DNA from: a virus | Reading direction: 5' to 3' (one strand) | DNA: 64,000 nucleotides | IMG/VR virus record: IMGVR_UViG_3300042691_047309 | Location: 111,895-175,894 of that record | Shown here: positions 1 through 10,535 of the stretch, piece by piece | Position numbering within the stretch: position 1 is the first letter of the stretch | Layout of the letters: every line of letters begins with the position of its first letter | Notes under the pieces: model-generated | What the model was told of the DNA's origin: nothing | Databases searched by the model: none | Seen by the model: the letters and a program-made list of their open reading frames with translations, nothing else | Position numbers and translations under genes: made by a program

Positions 1-39
1 AATTAATATCATCAATAGTGATGATTCAAAATAATTTCC

Positions 40-47
40 TAAATTTG
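40..47 (+). promoter_or_regulatory. Bacteroidota-type -7 element (TAAATTTG)
   Basis: TAnnTTTG 13 nt before ATG at 61. Confidence 0.55.
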
Positions 48-60
48 TAAAAAAATAATT

Positions 61-1308
61 ATGCAAGAAGATATTCAAAATCCAGTAACTGAAGAAGTAA
101 GAACTGAACCAATCATTGGTGAGTTTAAACCAAAACGTAAATTCTTAAACTTTGTTTCTGCTGTAAATGGTGCTCGTGTTCGTTTCATTCGTGATGTTGC
201 CTTTCTTAAAGGTGAAAAACTATCTGGTGTTTTAGAAGGGGCTATATTTAAAATAACTATTTGTGATGAAGGTACAATTAACATTGAAGAACAGGAAGGA
301 ACTAATCTTTCTGATAAATCAATGATCCAAAGACTTCTTAATGAAATCGATGAAATCGATGTTACTGGTTATGCTCAAAAGTTTGTTGTCGCTGGATTAG
401 AGTTCGCTGATGTAAAAGGTGACCGTTGTTACTTAGAAGTAGAACATCAAAAACCAATTGATAAATTAAAATCACTTTTTGATGAAGAGGAAAAAGTTGA
501 GGTTTCTGAAAAGAGTTTGAGTTTACTTGATGATTTATTTGGGAGTGATGAAGAAGAGTGGGATGAGGATCATGCACTTTCAGAAGTGATGAATTCTATG
601 TTAGATGATCTATCAGAAGAAGATGTTAAGACAATTATTGAAGCAAATGAAAATCCAGCTGAACCTAATGATAAATTAAAAGAGGCTGCTGAGTCATATA
701 TGGAAAAACAATTCCGTAAAATGCATGAAGCAAAAATCATTGAGTTAGAATACCGTATTGAAGAAACTCAGAGAGAAATCATTCGATATAAAAATGATGC
801 TAAACAAGCTGAGTCAAAGGCTGAAGAAAAAGTTGAAGCACTTGGTATTTTAGAAACTCGATTAGAAACAATGAAACCAGGTGACGAACCTAATGGTTAT
901 GTATTTTTTGTATCTGAGGAAATGAAAGATATGGAAGAACTTGATGAAACCGAAGCTAAAGTAGCTGCTAAGATTGCAGATATTATGAAGTTGAAGAAAG
1001 ACGTTTTGGTTAAGATGTTGACAGAAGGCTACTACAAAATCAAAATTGCTAAGTCCGATGATATTTCAAATCAAGACTTTGAATTAGACAAAGAAATCTA
1101 TAATAAGATTATGACTTTAGATATTGATGGTAAGATGTCACTTACTGATAGTGAGTTTCGATACCGTGGTAAATTAAACTGGCATCAACTTGTCTCTAAA
1201 ATGATTAAATCTGGATTTGCTCAAGATGAAGAGTTTGATAAACTTTGCAACTCTAATTCTTATGAAAGTCACGAAGAAGAAAAAGAATCTGATAAAACTG
1301 AAGAGTAA
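61..1308 (+). CDS. hypothetical acidic coiled-coil protein
   Basis: 415 aa ORF, E/D-rich middle, coiled-coil segment, A-rich leader. Confidence 0.6.
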   Translation: MQEDIQNPVTEEVRTEPIIGEFKPKRKFLNFVSAVNGARVRFIRDVAFLKGEKLSGVLEGAIFKITICDEGTINIEEQEGTNLSDKSMIQRLLNEIDEIDVTGYAQKFVVAGLEFADVKGDRCYLEVEHQKPIDKLKSLFDEEEKVEVSEKSLSLLDDLFGSDEEEWDEDHALSEVMNSMLDDLSEEDVKTIIEANENPAEPNDKLKEAAESYMEKQFRKMHEAKIIELEYRIEETQREIIRYKNDAKQAESKAEEKVEALGILETRLETMKPGDEPNGYVFFVSEEMKDMEELDETEAKVAAKIADIMKLKKDVLVKMLTEGYYKIKIAKSDDISNQDFELDKEIYNKIMTLDIDGKMSLTDSEFRYRGKLNWHQLVSKMIKSGFAQDEEFDKLCNSNSYESHEEEKESDKTEE

Positions 1309-1310
1309 AA

Positions 1311-1697
1311 ATGAATATGGGGTTTACAAGATATTGGGAATTTGAGAGATTAAATAGTGAGAAGTTTAAAGAGTTCTCTAATATCTGTCAGTTACTTATA
1401 GATAATATGGATATTCCACTTGATGATGTCACCGTTAATGAAGCACAAGTAAGATTCAATGGAGTTGATGATGATGGTCATGAAACATTCAATTTCTCTT
1501 TAAATAAAGATGGATTTAACTTTTGTAAAACAGCTACTAAACCTTACGATGAAGTTGTGTATGGTTGTCTTTATATTGCTAAGTTAATATTCGAAGATAG
1601 TGTAAAGATAAATCAAGATTGTAAAGAAGACGAACCTTATGTAAAAAAAGTAATATCTATTCTAAGAGAAAATAAACTTAATCAACTATTAAAATAA
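1311..1697 (+). CDS. conserved phage hypothetical protein with C-terminal RENKLNQLLK motif
   Basis: MGFTRYW...FNG...HETF...FNFCKT..KPYD pattern of a widespread viral hypothetical family. Confidence 0.6.
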   Translation: MNMGFTRYWEFERLNSEKFKEFSNICQLLIDNMDIPLDDVTVNEAQVRFNGVDDDGHETFNFSLNKDGFNFCKTATKPYDEVVYGCLYIAKLIFEDSVKINQDCKEDEPYVKKVISILRENKLNQLLK

Positions 1698-1704
1698 AAA
1701 AAAT

Positions 1705-2175
1705 ATGATAACTAAAGAAAACCTGAAAATAAAACTTACTAGATTAAGAAGAATAATTAAAGTTTTTTATTTAAAAACATTTAAAACTCTTGGTAAAGAA
1801 AAGAGGCTTAAAAAACCAAAAAAACTTACCGAGTCTGAAGATACTGCTTGTGAGATATTTTTAACAATATTACACAATAAGGATAGTAAATTACATTATG
1901 ATATTCAAACACAGGAATGTTATATAAGTTCTTCAGATAAAACACTTTTTGTCTTTTTAGAAGCTGGTAATGTTAAGATTATTAATTCTGTTTTTGGGTA
2001 TGATGTGCATATACGTCAAGACTTAGAGGCTTATCTACTTGACAAATTTATTAGAGAAATGAGTATTAGAAGAAATGCTTTCAAAAAAGAAGTTCTTTCT
2101 AAAATAAATCACTCTTTAGACAGCACTCTTGATAGAATTAAAGACTGGGATAAAGAATCAAAAAGTAAAAAATAA
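1705..2175 (+). CDS. hypothetical protein
   Basis: 156 aa ORF in operon. Confidence 0.55.
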   Translation: MITKENLKIKLTRLRRIIKVFYLKTFKTLGKEKRLKKPKKLTESEDTACEIFLTILHNKDSKLHYDIQTQECYISSSDKTLFVFLEAGNVKIINSVFGYDVHIRQDLEAYLLDKFIREMSIRRNAFKKEVLSKINHSLDSTLDRIKDWDKESKSKK

Positions 2176-2224
2176 TTAGGTTTATCAATTAATAAATACT
2201 ATATTTGTAAAAAATATTCTAAAA

Positions 2225-3718
2225 ATGATAATTAAGAACATTCACGAAAAATTACTTAACGGTATCCAAACGATGCTTATTGATACTAAAATCAATTTGC
2301 CTTACTACGGAGAATTCAACCTACACGTTTCATTTCATGAGCAAGATTCAATTGGAACCTGTGCTGTAAATGTTACCTCAAAAGGTATGAACTTCTTTTA
2401 TTCTCCAAAGTTTTTGGAAAATATGTCTCAGAAAGAAGTGAACTTCATCACATTACATGAAGATTTTCACTTACTTTTTAATCATCCTCGTAGAACAATC
2501 ACTGGTCAATACGATCACAAATTGTCCAACATCGCTCAAGATATGATTATTAATCACGTTATCTGGGAAGATATCCCACACGCTTTTGTTGAAATTCCAA
2601 AGTCTCCAGATGGTAAGAATATGGCACTTTTTGTTCCGAAAGAATATGAAGGTAAACTTATCTTTGAAGAGCTTTACGAATGGTTGAAAGAAGAAAAAGA
2701 AAAATGGCAGAAAGAACAAAAACAAAACTCTCAATGTCAGTCTTGTGGTGGATCTGGAAAGAAACAAGATGGTCAATGTCAGCAACCTCAAAAAAGTGAT
2801 GACCAAAAACAAGATGGTAAGGGAAAAGGTGAAAAACAAAATGGTGAAGGAGACCAACCAGAGGATGGTCAAAGTCAATCAGAAGGTCAGGGTCAAGGAG
2901 AATCTTGTACAGATTGTCAAGGAACTGGTAATGAAGAAGGAAAAGACTCTTCCGGAAAACCTTCTTATGGACCCTATGGTAAAAATCCATCTAAAGATGG
3001 TGAGTCACTTGATACTTGGTCCAAAGAGCAAATCTTCCAAGATATGGAGAATGGGAATGGAGAGTATCTTGACAAACACATCGGTGATGATGTACCTGAA
3101 GAATTGAGAGATGCGATGGTTAAGGATGTTATGGAGAGATTAGCCGCTCGTGGTTTATCAGCGGGTAATGTTGAACAAACACTAAACAAACTTCGTAAGA
3201 AACGAAAAGATTATCTTCGTGAAATCAAAAGAGCAGTTTCTAATATGATTTTTGGAACTGTTAAAGAACGAACAATTGTTAAACCTAATCGAAAAGGTAT
3301 ATCTGGTTTAAAAGGTAATCGTAAAGTTAAAACCAAAATTAATTGTATCTTAGACACATCAGGTTCAATGGGTGGAACTTTTGAGAGAGTTTTGAACTAT
3401 GTTTATCGTAATGATATTGAAATCAATTTGATTGAGGCTGATACTGAGGTTAAATGGATTGAAAATATTAAAAATGCGAAAAAACTTGAAACTCTTAAAA
3501 TCAAAGGTCTTGGAGGAACAATTCTTCAACCTGCGATTGACTTAGTTGCTGACCAATACAATGAGTTTAACACTGTTGTATTGACTGATGGTTACTGCGA
3601 CTCTCTTGACTTATCTAAGATTAAAGGTAGAGTCTTAATGGTATCGATTGGTGTAAAAGTTCCGATTTCTCGTTCTAATGGAAAAGTCAAGCAGATTATG
3701 GTTGAGAAAGAAAACTAA
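2225..3718 (+). CDS. DUF2201-type metallopeptidase-VWA domain protein (MoxR partner)
   Basis: HExxH (LHEDFH); Q/G-rich linker flanked by CQSCGGSG and CTDCQGTG; VWA MIDAS motifs DTSGS, GGT, TDG; TATATTTG at 2200-2207. Confidence 0.85.
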   Translation: MIIKNIHEKLLNGIQTMLIDTKINLPYYGEFNLHVSFHEQDSIGTCAVNVTSKGMNFFYSPKFLENMSQKEVNFITLHEDFHLLFNHPRRTITGQYDHKLSNIAQDMIINHVIWEDIPHAFVEIPKSPDGKNMALFVPKEYEGKLIFEELYEWLKEEKEKWQKEQKQNSQCQSCGGSGKKQDGQCQQPQKSDDQKQDGKGKGEKQNGEGDQPEDGQSQSEGQGQGESCTDCQGTGNEEGKDSSGKPSYGPYGKNPSKDGESLDTWSKEQIFQDMENGNGEYLDKHIGDDVPEELRDAMVKDVMERLAARGLSAGNVEQTLNKLRKKRKDYLREIKRAVSNMIFGTVKERTIVKPNRKGISGLKGNRKVKTKINCILDTSGSMGGTFERVLNYVYRNDIEINLIEADTEVKWIENIKNAKKLETLKIKGLGGTILQPAIDLVADQYNEFNTVVLTDGYCDSLDLSKIKGRVLMVSIGVKVPISRSNGKVKQIMVEKEN

Positions 3719-3720
3719 TC

Positions 3721-3749
3721 AAAAAGACCAACCTATAGTTGGTCTTTTT
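3721..3749 (+). terminator. intrinsic terminator
   Basis: aaaaagaccaac-ctata-gttggtcttttt hairpin right after stop. Confidence 0.8.
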
Positions 3750-3772
3750 ATTTTAATAAATATATTTGTAAT

Positions 3773-4339
3773 ATGAAAGTAATTTTTTTGGATTTTGATG
3801 GTGTTATGTGTCTCTCTGAGCAATGGGGTGGACGAGCTAAAAAAATGCTAAAGTTTCAAAGAGAATTTCCGGGTTCAACTGAAGATGATATGCCAGCTTG
3901 GATTAAGCTAGATAATTTTGATTTTAAGGCAACTAAAGTTCTTAACTCTATTTTATTACATCACGATGTTGAGATAGTTTGCTCTTCAGATTGGAAATTA
4001 TTTGCTACTTTAGATCAACTTCAAGATATGTTTGATAAATACGGTGTGATTAAATCACCAATAGATGTCACACCAACTCTTGTTAAGTATGAGTCTAAAT
4101 CTCAATTCACACAAAGTGAATTAGAGCAATGGAGAGTTAAAGAAATTAAAACGTGGTTAGATTTACATCCAGAAGTAACACACTGGGTTGCTGTTGATGA
4201 TATGGACTTAGGTGAGAAGTTTGGTCCTATTTCTGGAAATTCCAATGGTGGTCTAACTAACTTCATATTAACTAAGCAGTATATTGGAATTAAACAATCC
4301 GGAATAAAAGAAAAAATCATTAAGTTCTTAAATGATTAA
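3773..4339 (+). CDS. HAD phosphatase, Swiss-Army-knife RNA-repair type (HAD_SAK_2-like)
   Basis: IFLDFDGV, SSDW, EIKTWL, WVAVDD motifs. Confidence 0.85.
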   Translation: MKVIFLDFDGVMCLSEQWGGRAKKMLKFQREFPGSTEDDMPAWIKLDNFDFKATKVLNSILLHHDVEIVCSSDWKLFATLDQLQDMFDKYGVIKSPIDVTPTLVKYESKSQFTQSELEQWRVKEIKTWLDLHPEVTHWVAVDDMDLGEKFGPISGNSNGGLTNFILTKQYIGIKQSGIKEKIIKFLND

Positions 4340-4829
4340 TGTTTTAGAAATGGACATGAGTATTGAATACAAGTTCGCGTGGAATGTAGCTGCTCGAGCT
4401 TGTTTCAGTATTTTCTATATCCTACCAGACTGTATGTTACTTTATAGACATCAAGTGTCGGAACCATATATCTGGACTAAATTCGGATGTAATCACCCTG
4501 ATAAAATAGATTTAGTAAAACTAGATGGTAAAAATCTAATGTTATTTCATGTTGATGTTTATAAAGAAAAAACTCATAAATTTAAAGACCTAATTGATTA
4601 TTGTCAGTCTAATAACATTGATATCTGGATTCCTTTTCCACTTAAAAACCTTTGGAGAACTGAAGAGCCTCATCTTCAGATTATGAAAGATATACTAGAT
4701 AATTATCAATACAGCACTTACGATTTAACTGGAATGAACTACAGGAGTGAAAATGAAATAAGTAGATTGGTTAAAGAAAAAACGAAACCTATATTAAGAG
4801 ATATAAAATTAAGAAACTTATTTGATTAA
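4332..4829 (+). CDS. hypothetical protein with C-terminal LRDIKLRNLFD motif
   Basis: 165 aa ORF overlapping the upstream stop. Confidence 0.55.
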   Translation: MINVLEMDMSIEYKFAWNVAARACFSIFYILPDCMLLYRHQVSEPYIWTKFGCNHPDKIDLVKLDGKNLMLFHVDVYKEKTHKFKDLIDYCQSNNIDIWIPFPLKNLWRTEEPHLQIMKDILDNYQYSTYDLTGMNYRSENEISRLVKEKTKPILRDIKLRNLFD

Positions 4830-5080
4830 TATTCTATTTTCTCAACATCATCTAAATCAACATAGTATTCATTACCATCGATTTCTACTGTTATTAAACC
4901 ATCTTCATCTATATCGACCGGAGTAATTGGATCTTTTGGATCATTATCAGGATATTCTTTAACAATTGTAGAATAGATAACTCCTCTTTTCTTAATACAT
5001 TTTATTATATCATCAATTGTGATAAGAGTTCCTTCTTCATTATTCTGTTTGAAATCCTCAAATAATTTTATCCATTTCAT
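4826..5080 (-). CDS. small putative virion protein (N-terminal MKWIKLFEDF tag)
   Basis: 84 aa; TAATATATA at 5085-5093 (-). Confidence 0.6.
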   Translation of the reverse strand: MKWIKLFEDFKQNNEEGTLITIDDIIKCIKKRGVIYSTIVKEYPDNDPKDPITPVDIDEDGLITVEIDGNEYYVDLDDVEKIEY

Positions 5081-5084
5081 AAAT

Positions 5085-5108
5085 TATATATTAAAAACTT
5101 AATATATA
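5085..5108. promoter_or_regulatory. back-to-back putative late promoters (TAATATATA on both strands)
   Basis: 5085-5093 (-) and 5100-5108 (+), each 4-6 nt from a start codon. Confidence 0.65.
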
Positions 5109-5114
5109 AAAAGT

Positions 5115-5927
5115 ATGAAGTATATTAAAAGATTCAACGAAGAGCTTAAACCAGAAACTTATATTAGTGCTGGTTATAGATTAAAAAATTTACCAGGTGG
5201 TGGAAAAAGAAGATCTTCACCTCTTATTGATTATGGTTTTGGGAAAAAGTATGGTTTCTATAAAATGCACTGGGCTAATGGTTCATCTCTTTTAGGAAAA
5301 GATTTAACATTTACTAATCTAATATGTGAGAGTTACTTTGGGAGACCTGACTCTTCAAAAATTGAGACTTTTAGGTATTCAGCAGAAGATGCTGTGGAAC
5401 TGTGGAAACAAGGTAATCATCCTCTTTGTATGACTTTTAATTTTGTTTTTCAATCTACTGAAGAAACAAAAGATAAATTAAATAGTAGTAGTGAACTTAA
5501 TACCAACTGTCCAATGTTCTCATTTGAGATTTGGTTTAGTAACTGGGAAGAAGGTTTAGATTCTTATAATTGGGATTATGATACTGAAGAGCCAATGACT
5601 GGAGATACCGTAGTTGATTTAAATGGTATGTATAAATGGACTAATGAACTTACAATCTATAAGAAGAAACCTGTTAAAATGTATTACTCAAAATCATATC
5701 CTTTCTGTGGTATATTTTCAGATAGAGCTTCTGCTTTGAAATTCAAAAAAGAATTAAACAGTTTAATGGATCCACATAAAGAAAAAGTTATGGAACTTTT
5801 AAGCTGTGTTAATGCTTCTGCTGACGACATAGAAGATTTTGAAGATAGAATCAATAAAATAAGTTTAAATCATCTTTTCTCAGTTGATGAAAAAACAACC
5901 AATTGGTTCACATACAATGAATTGTAA
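5115..5927 (+). CDS. paralog family member 1, putative head-internal protein
   Basis: MKYIKRFNEELKPETYISA...FSDRASALKFK. Confidence 0.65.
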   Translation: MKYIKRFNEELKPETYISAGYRLKNLPGGGKRRSSPLIDYGFGKKYGFYKMHWANGSSLLGKDLTFTNLICESYFGRPDSSKIETFRYSAEDAVELWKQGNHPLCMTFNFVFQSTEETKDKLNSSSELNTNCPMFSFEIWFSNWEEGLDSYNWDYDTEEPMTGDTVVDLNGMYKWTNELTIYKKKPVKMYYSKSYPFCGIFSDRASALKFKKELNSLMDPHKEKVMELLSCVNASADDIEDFEDRINKISLNHLFSVDEKTTNWFTYNEL

Positions 5928-5940
5928 ATAAATTAATAAT

Positions 5941-6666
5941 ATGAAACACTTAAAGAAATTTAACGAAGAACTTAGACCACAGACTTATATGTCTGCTGCT
6001 AGAAAATTAGATAAATTAGGTCACCACGATAGAGCAAATGCTTTAAAAGACTGGGCTAAAGAAACTGAGAAAAAAGAAGAAATGATTAAGTGGCAAGACC
6101 GCATACAAGATTATGCTCAGTTTGGAACATTTAAATTGACTATAAAAAATCCAGAAACTAATGAAACATTAACTGGTGATTTTCATTTAGATGTTAATTT
6201 TGATGATTTATCATTTAGTGATGAGCCTGAAAGTGGTATAACTTTCTTCTTAGGTTTAATTCCAACTTCTGAAGATTTAATCTATCAGTATATGGAACTT
6301 TGTCCAGATTATGATTTCGGAAACGGTTTCTTCTGGGGTAAAATCTTTAATTTACAATATGAATTAGGAGATACTGTTGTATTTACTAAGTGGAATATGT
6401 GGGACTATGATGATGAAATGAATGGTAAAATAAATTTTGCTGACAGAGCATCTGCTAACAAGTTCAAGAATTTAATTATACAAATATTTAGTAATCCACA
6501 ATTAGGTTATCCATCTGGATATACCGACGCTGATGACTTATATGAAAAATTAACTAATACTATCTTAGCAGAGAACTCATTCTCTTCTGATTATGGATTT
6601 AAATTAGAAGATGCTGCTGAATACATGAGAACAATTAGTCCAAATTTACTTTCTTCTACACTATGA
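5941..6666 (+). CDS. paralog family member 2
   Basis: MKHLKKFNEELRPQTYMSA...FADRASANKFK. Confidence 0.65.
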   Translation: MKHLKKFNEELRPQTYMSAARKLDKLGHHDRANALKDWAKETEKKEEMIKWQDRIQDYAQFGTFKLTIKNPETNETLTGDFHLDVNFDDLSFSDEPESGITFFLGLIPTSEDLIYQYMELCPDYDFGNGFFWGKIFNLQYELGDTVVFTKWNMWDYDDEMNGKINFADRASANKFKNLIIQIFSNPQLGYPSGYTDADDLYEKLTNTILAENSFSSDYGFKLEDAAEYMRTISPNLLSSTL

Positions 6667-7523
6667 GATACTTAAAAAGATTTAATGAAGAGTTAAAAGC
6701 ATCTACTTACAAAAAAGCAGGTGAGAAATTCACTCAGATGGGTCACAAAAGAAGAGGATCTGAATTATTAGATTATGCAACTCAAGTTGAATTAAAAGAA
6801 AAATATCAAAAATTAAGACAGGCTCAGGATGAAAATAAGGAGTATGGTTTATTTGATATTACGATGACAAGAGGTTATGGGTCAAATAAGAAAGATGTAT
6901 TTTCTGGTAAATTTTATCTACAAATGTGTTTAGAATCTGATTGGTTCAAAGACCAATTATGGGATTGGTTTTATGAAGGTATGGATTGGCATATGGGAAT
7001 TGCTATGGAGTTTGCCATTATACCAGCTGATGACGAAACACTTAGAATGTTGGAAACAAGTGAAGACGGAGATATAGTGTATTTTAGAAATAATACTATG
7101 TGGGGAGATGACTATAGATACTGGACAAATAGACTTTGGCTTACACTCTGTGATAAAAATGCAGTTCCTCTTTATATAGCAGGTGCTGGTGGATTTGAAG
7201 ATAGAGATTCTTTTACATTCCATTTTAATTCAAGATCAGAAGCTATGAAATTTAGAAACTTATTGGCTAATACATTAGAAGGAAAATCTGATTGGGGTTC
7301 TTATAATGGTAGAACGATTTCTGACCAATTAAAATCAACAATTATTATGGATGAAGAAGACTGGAGATCAAAACTAATGGATAAGTTTTTACCGGGTAGA
7401 GAAGATGAATATGATATTAATAATCCAGATACTTGGCCAAAAAATACTTTTACAGAAGATACTTACAAAGGAGCTATCGAGGCGGTTAAGAGAATGTCAG
7501 TAAATGGTTTATATAGAGATTAA
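6663..7523 (+). CDS. paralog family member 3
   Basis: MRYLKRFNEELKASTY...FNSRSEAMKFR...NGLYRD. Confidence 0.65.
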   Translation: MRYLKRFNEELKASTYKKAGEKFTQMGHKRRGSELLDYATQVELKEKYQKLRQAQDENKEYGLFDITMTRGYGSNKKDVFSGKFYLQMCLESDWFKDQLWDWFYEGMDWHMGIAMEFAIIPADDETLRMLETSEDGDIVYFRNNTMWGDDYRYWTNRLWLTLCDKNAVPLYIAGAGGFEDRDSFTFHFNSRSEAMKFRNLLANTLEGKSDWGSYNGRTISDQLKSTIIMDEEDWRSKLMDKFLPGREDEYDINNPDTWPKNTFTEDTYKGAIEAVKRMSVNGLYRD

Positions 7524-7526
7524 GAG

Positions 7527-8798
7527 ATGAAGTATTTAAAAAGATATGAAGAAGCTGTCGGTGTTAGATTGAAATCAGAATTGAAATCAACAGTTGAAGA
7601 TTTGCTTATTGATTTAAGAGATGATGAATTTGAAACTAAAGTATCTGAAATAGATTATCATTCTCAAAAAGTAAAGGTCAAAGTCAATATACAAAGAGAT
7701 AGAGAATTTACTTATGAAGATATAAAACCTCAAATTGAATCTATTTGGTCTTATTTAAATGAAGAAGGATTTACAATTGAAAACTTCACTAGTGTAGAAG
7801 ACTGGGAAAACTTTGAAGAACCAGAAGACGAATTTACAATTCATCAAAAAGATAAAGGTTATGTGTGGTCCACTGGTGAAGATGGTGAGATTAAATCTAT
7901 TGACAAAGAATTTCAAAGAAGACCAAATGTCATGATTTCACCAATATATAATCCAGAAAACTTTGATAGAATTCAAAAGTGGATATTTGAGATTTCATTT
8001 ACTAAAGATAAAATTGTAGTTGATAGAAAGAGAGGTCATCTTACAACTAATGAAGAGTTAAAACCACAAACATATATAAGTGCTGCTGATAAACTAACTA
8101 AGTTAGGTCATATTAAAAGACCTGAGCAATTAAAATCTTGGGCTGAAACTATTAAGCAAAGAGAAATAGATACTAAACACAAAATGGCTTTAGAAGAAGC
8201 AAAAAAATTAGGACAATTTCAATTAAGATTTGTTGGTAGAGGAAGTGAAATAAGGTTTGCAAACTGTTACATTCAACTTTATTTTAATTCCGATTATTAC
8301 CTAAGTGAGATGTTACCAGAGTGGTTAGATGGTGAGAGAAACACACTTTGGTCACAGTTTATGTTTGGGATTCATCCGGTTTCTTCAGAAGATTTAGAAG
8401 TTTTAAATTGGTTTTCTGGTGATATTAAAGGTTATACAAATAGAGCGAATGGTATAATCTGGTTACAAGATGTTTATATCAATCTGACAAATCAAAACTG
8501 CAAAGATGAAGATGGTGTGACTTTACCTATGACCCCTTCAGGTGTAGTTTCAATCGAATGCTCTGAATTTAGTGAAGTTTATTTTGCAAATAGAAGAGAA
8601 GCTATTAAGTTTAGAAATTTATTAGTCGATCTTTTCGAGGGAGATATAGATTACATACAACCGAATGGTAAAGACTTTAAAGAAGATATAATTGAAACTT
8701 GGTGTGATCATGAAGAAAGACCAGTTGAACTTTCAGAGTTAGAAGATTTTATTGATAAACTTAGAGTAATGAGATTAAATTCATTATATAGAGATTAA
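7527..8798 (+). CDS. paralog family member 4, fused to an extra N-terminal domain
   Basis: MKYLKRYEE; internal NEELKPQTYISAADKL...FANRREAIKFR...NSLYRD. Confidence 0.65.
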   Translation: MKYLKRYEEAVGVRLKSELKSTVEDLLIDLRDDEFETKVSEIDYHSQKVKVKVNIQRDREFTYEDIKPQIESIWSYLNEEGFTIENFTSVEDWENFEEPEDEFTIHQKDKGYVWSTGEDGEIKSIDKEFQRRPNVMISPIYNPENFDRIQKWIFEISFTKDKIVVDRKRGHLTTNEELKPQTYISAADKLTKLGHIKRPEQLKSWAETIKQREIDTKHKMALEEAKKLGQFQLRFVGRGSEIRFANCYIQLYFNSDYYLSEMLPEWLDGERNTLWSQFMFGIHPVSSEDLEVLNWFSGDIKGYTNRANGIIWLQDVYINLTNQNCKDEDGVTLPMTPSGVVSIECSEFSEVYFANRREAIKFRNLLVDLFEGDIDYIQPNGKDFKEDIIETWCDHEERPVELSELEDFIDKLRVMRLNSLYRD

Positions 8799-8814
8799 TT
8801 ATTATATTTACAAA

Positions 8815-9987
8815 ATGAAAATAAAAAGATATAGACAATTCTTAGAATCAAACTCTAATGATATGTGGAACATTATTCCACAGTCAGTGAAAGATTTGCA
8901 ACAACTTTTTAAATCAAAAGAAAAAAAATTATATGTTGTTGGAGGTGCCGTTAGAGACTTTCTAACAGGAGATACACCAAAAGACTTTGACTTAGCAACT
9001 GATGCACTTCCAGATGAAGTATTAGAAATATTAGGAAGTAAATATAAAACTAACCTACAAGGTAAAGCATTTGGAGTGGTCGTGGTTTTCACCAATGATC
9101 AACCAGAAGGAATGGAGATTGCAACATTCCGAGAAGATGTTTCAAAAGGTAGAAACCCTGAAGTTAAATTAGGAGTTACCATTGAAGATGATGTTAAAAG
9201 AAGAGATTTAACTTATAACGCACTTTTCTATGATTTAGATACTAAAGAGATTGTTGATTTAACTGGAGGACGTGAGCATTTAGCAAAAGGAATAACTCAA
9301 ATGGTTGGTGATCCTATTGAAAGATTTGATGAAGATTCTTTAAGAATTTTGAGAGCTTTTAGATTTGCTTCAAGATATGGACACCCTTTACATAAAGATA
9401 CTGAAGCGGCAATTGAAAAAAGAAAACAATTAGAAAATATAGATCCTGAAACCGGTGAAATGAAAAGAATTTCACAAGAAAGAGTTTGGGAAGAGATGAA
9501 CAAGGCGTGGAAACAAGCAAAAGACTATAGAAACTATTTACAATTCTTTACTAAGTTTGATATGTGGTCTGAAGTTTTTCCAGGCTCTGAAATCAATACC
9601 GATCTGGTTGATAGTAAAGACTTTGTGGTTGTTATTGCTAACTTATTTAAGAATGAAAACACGGATGGTTTAGAAAAGAGATTGGTTCAAGACTACAGAA
9701 TAGATTCTCAAATGGCATCAAAAATAGTTTTCTTAATTAGATTATTAGAATTGACACCAGATACAGCATTTGATTTACATAAGTCAAAATTACAATGTCA
9801 TATTGAAGATAAAACTATTTTAGAATGGTTTAGAGTTTTGGGTGTAAATGATACTGTTAAAATTAAATTTGTAGAATACAAACCAACTACTTCTGCTCAG
9901 GAATTGATGTTACAGGGTTTTAAAGGAAAGGCTTTAGGTGATGAGTTAAAAAGACTTGAAATTGAAAATTTCAAGAAGATTTTATAA
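8815..9987 (+). CDS. cca: tRNA nucleotidyltransferase (class II CCA-adding enzyme)
   Basis: VGGAVRD, DFDLAT, RRDLTYNA, EDSLRILRAFRF, ISQERV, C-terminal GFKGKALG. Confidence 0.9.
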   Translation: MKIKRYRQFLESNSNDMWNIIPQSVKDLQQLFKSKEKKLYVVGGAVRDFLTGDTPKDFDLATDALPDEVLEILGSKYKTNLQGKAFGVVVVFTNDQPEGMEIATFREDVSKGRNPEVKLGVTIEDDVKRRDLTYNALFYDLDTKEIVDLTGGREHLAKGITQMVGDPIERFDEDSLRILRAFRFASRYGHPLHKDTEAAIEKRKQLENIDPETGEMKRISQERVWEEMNKAWKQAKDYRNYLQFFTKFDMWSEVFPGSEINTDLVDSKDFVVVIANLFKNENTDGLEKRLVQDYRIDSQMASKIVFLIRLLELTPDTAFDLHKSKLQCHIEDKTILEWFRVLGVNDTVKIKFVEYKPTTSAQELMLQGFKGKALGDELKRLEIENFKKIL

Positions 9988-10019
9988 TTTTCTCATTTTA
10001 AAAATAGATATATACTGCT

Positions 10020-10484
10020 ATGATTTACCACTTATCGTATTTAAGAGACCGTTTAGGAAATAACTATTTAGGAATTAATATTCCAGTCGATTTAATTGAA
10101 CCCTATTTAAATGAATTAAAAAATCACTTAACTACTGAAGAATACTCAACTTATGTCCAAAATCATCAAAATAGAGATTCTGGTCATTATCACATTACGG
10201 TTATAAATGTTATGGATTATAATAAGTTAGCGGAAGAATGGGGAATGGATAAATTTATTAATTCTTTAGAACCGGTTTTTCACTATGAAATCGATGACTT
10301 AGAAATGTTAGGAGTTGGAAAGGCCATAAAAGAACCAAACGTGGCTTATTTTATCGTCTGTAATTCGGATAAATTAGATGCTGTAAGAACTAGATTTGAT
10401 TTACCAAAACAAGATTTTCATGTTACAATAGGTTTCAAAGATAAAGATGTTTTTGGTGTAAGAAAAAATGAATTACTAAATTAA
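10020..10484 (+). CDS. 2H phosphoesterase (RNA repair / cyclic phosphodiesterase type)
   Basis: two HxT motifs: HITV and HVTIGF..KDV. Confidence 0.8.
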   Translation: MIYHLSYLRDRLGNNYLGINIPVDLIEPYLNELKNHLTTEEYSTYVQNHQNRDSGHYHITVINVMDYNKLAEEWGMDKFINSLEPVFHYEIDDLEMLGVGKAIKEPNVAYFIVCNSDKLDAVRTRFDLPKQDFHVTIGFKDKDVFGVRKNELLN

Positions 10485-10535
10485 ACTTTTAGTCTAATTA
10501 TAGATATAGGAATCTATAATAAAAAAATAAAATAT

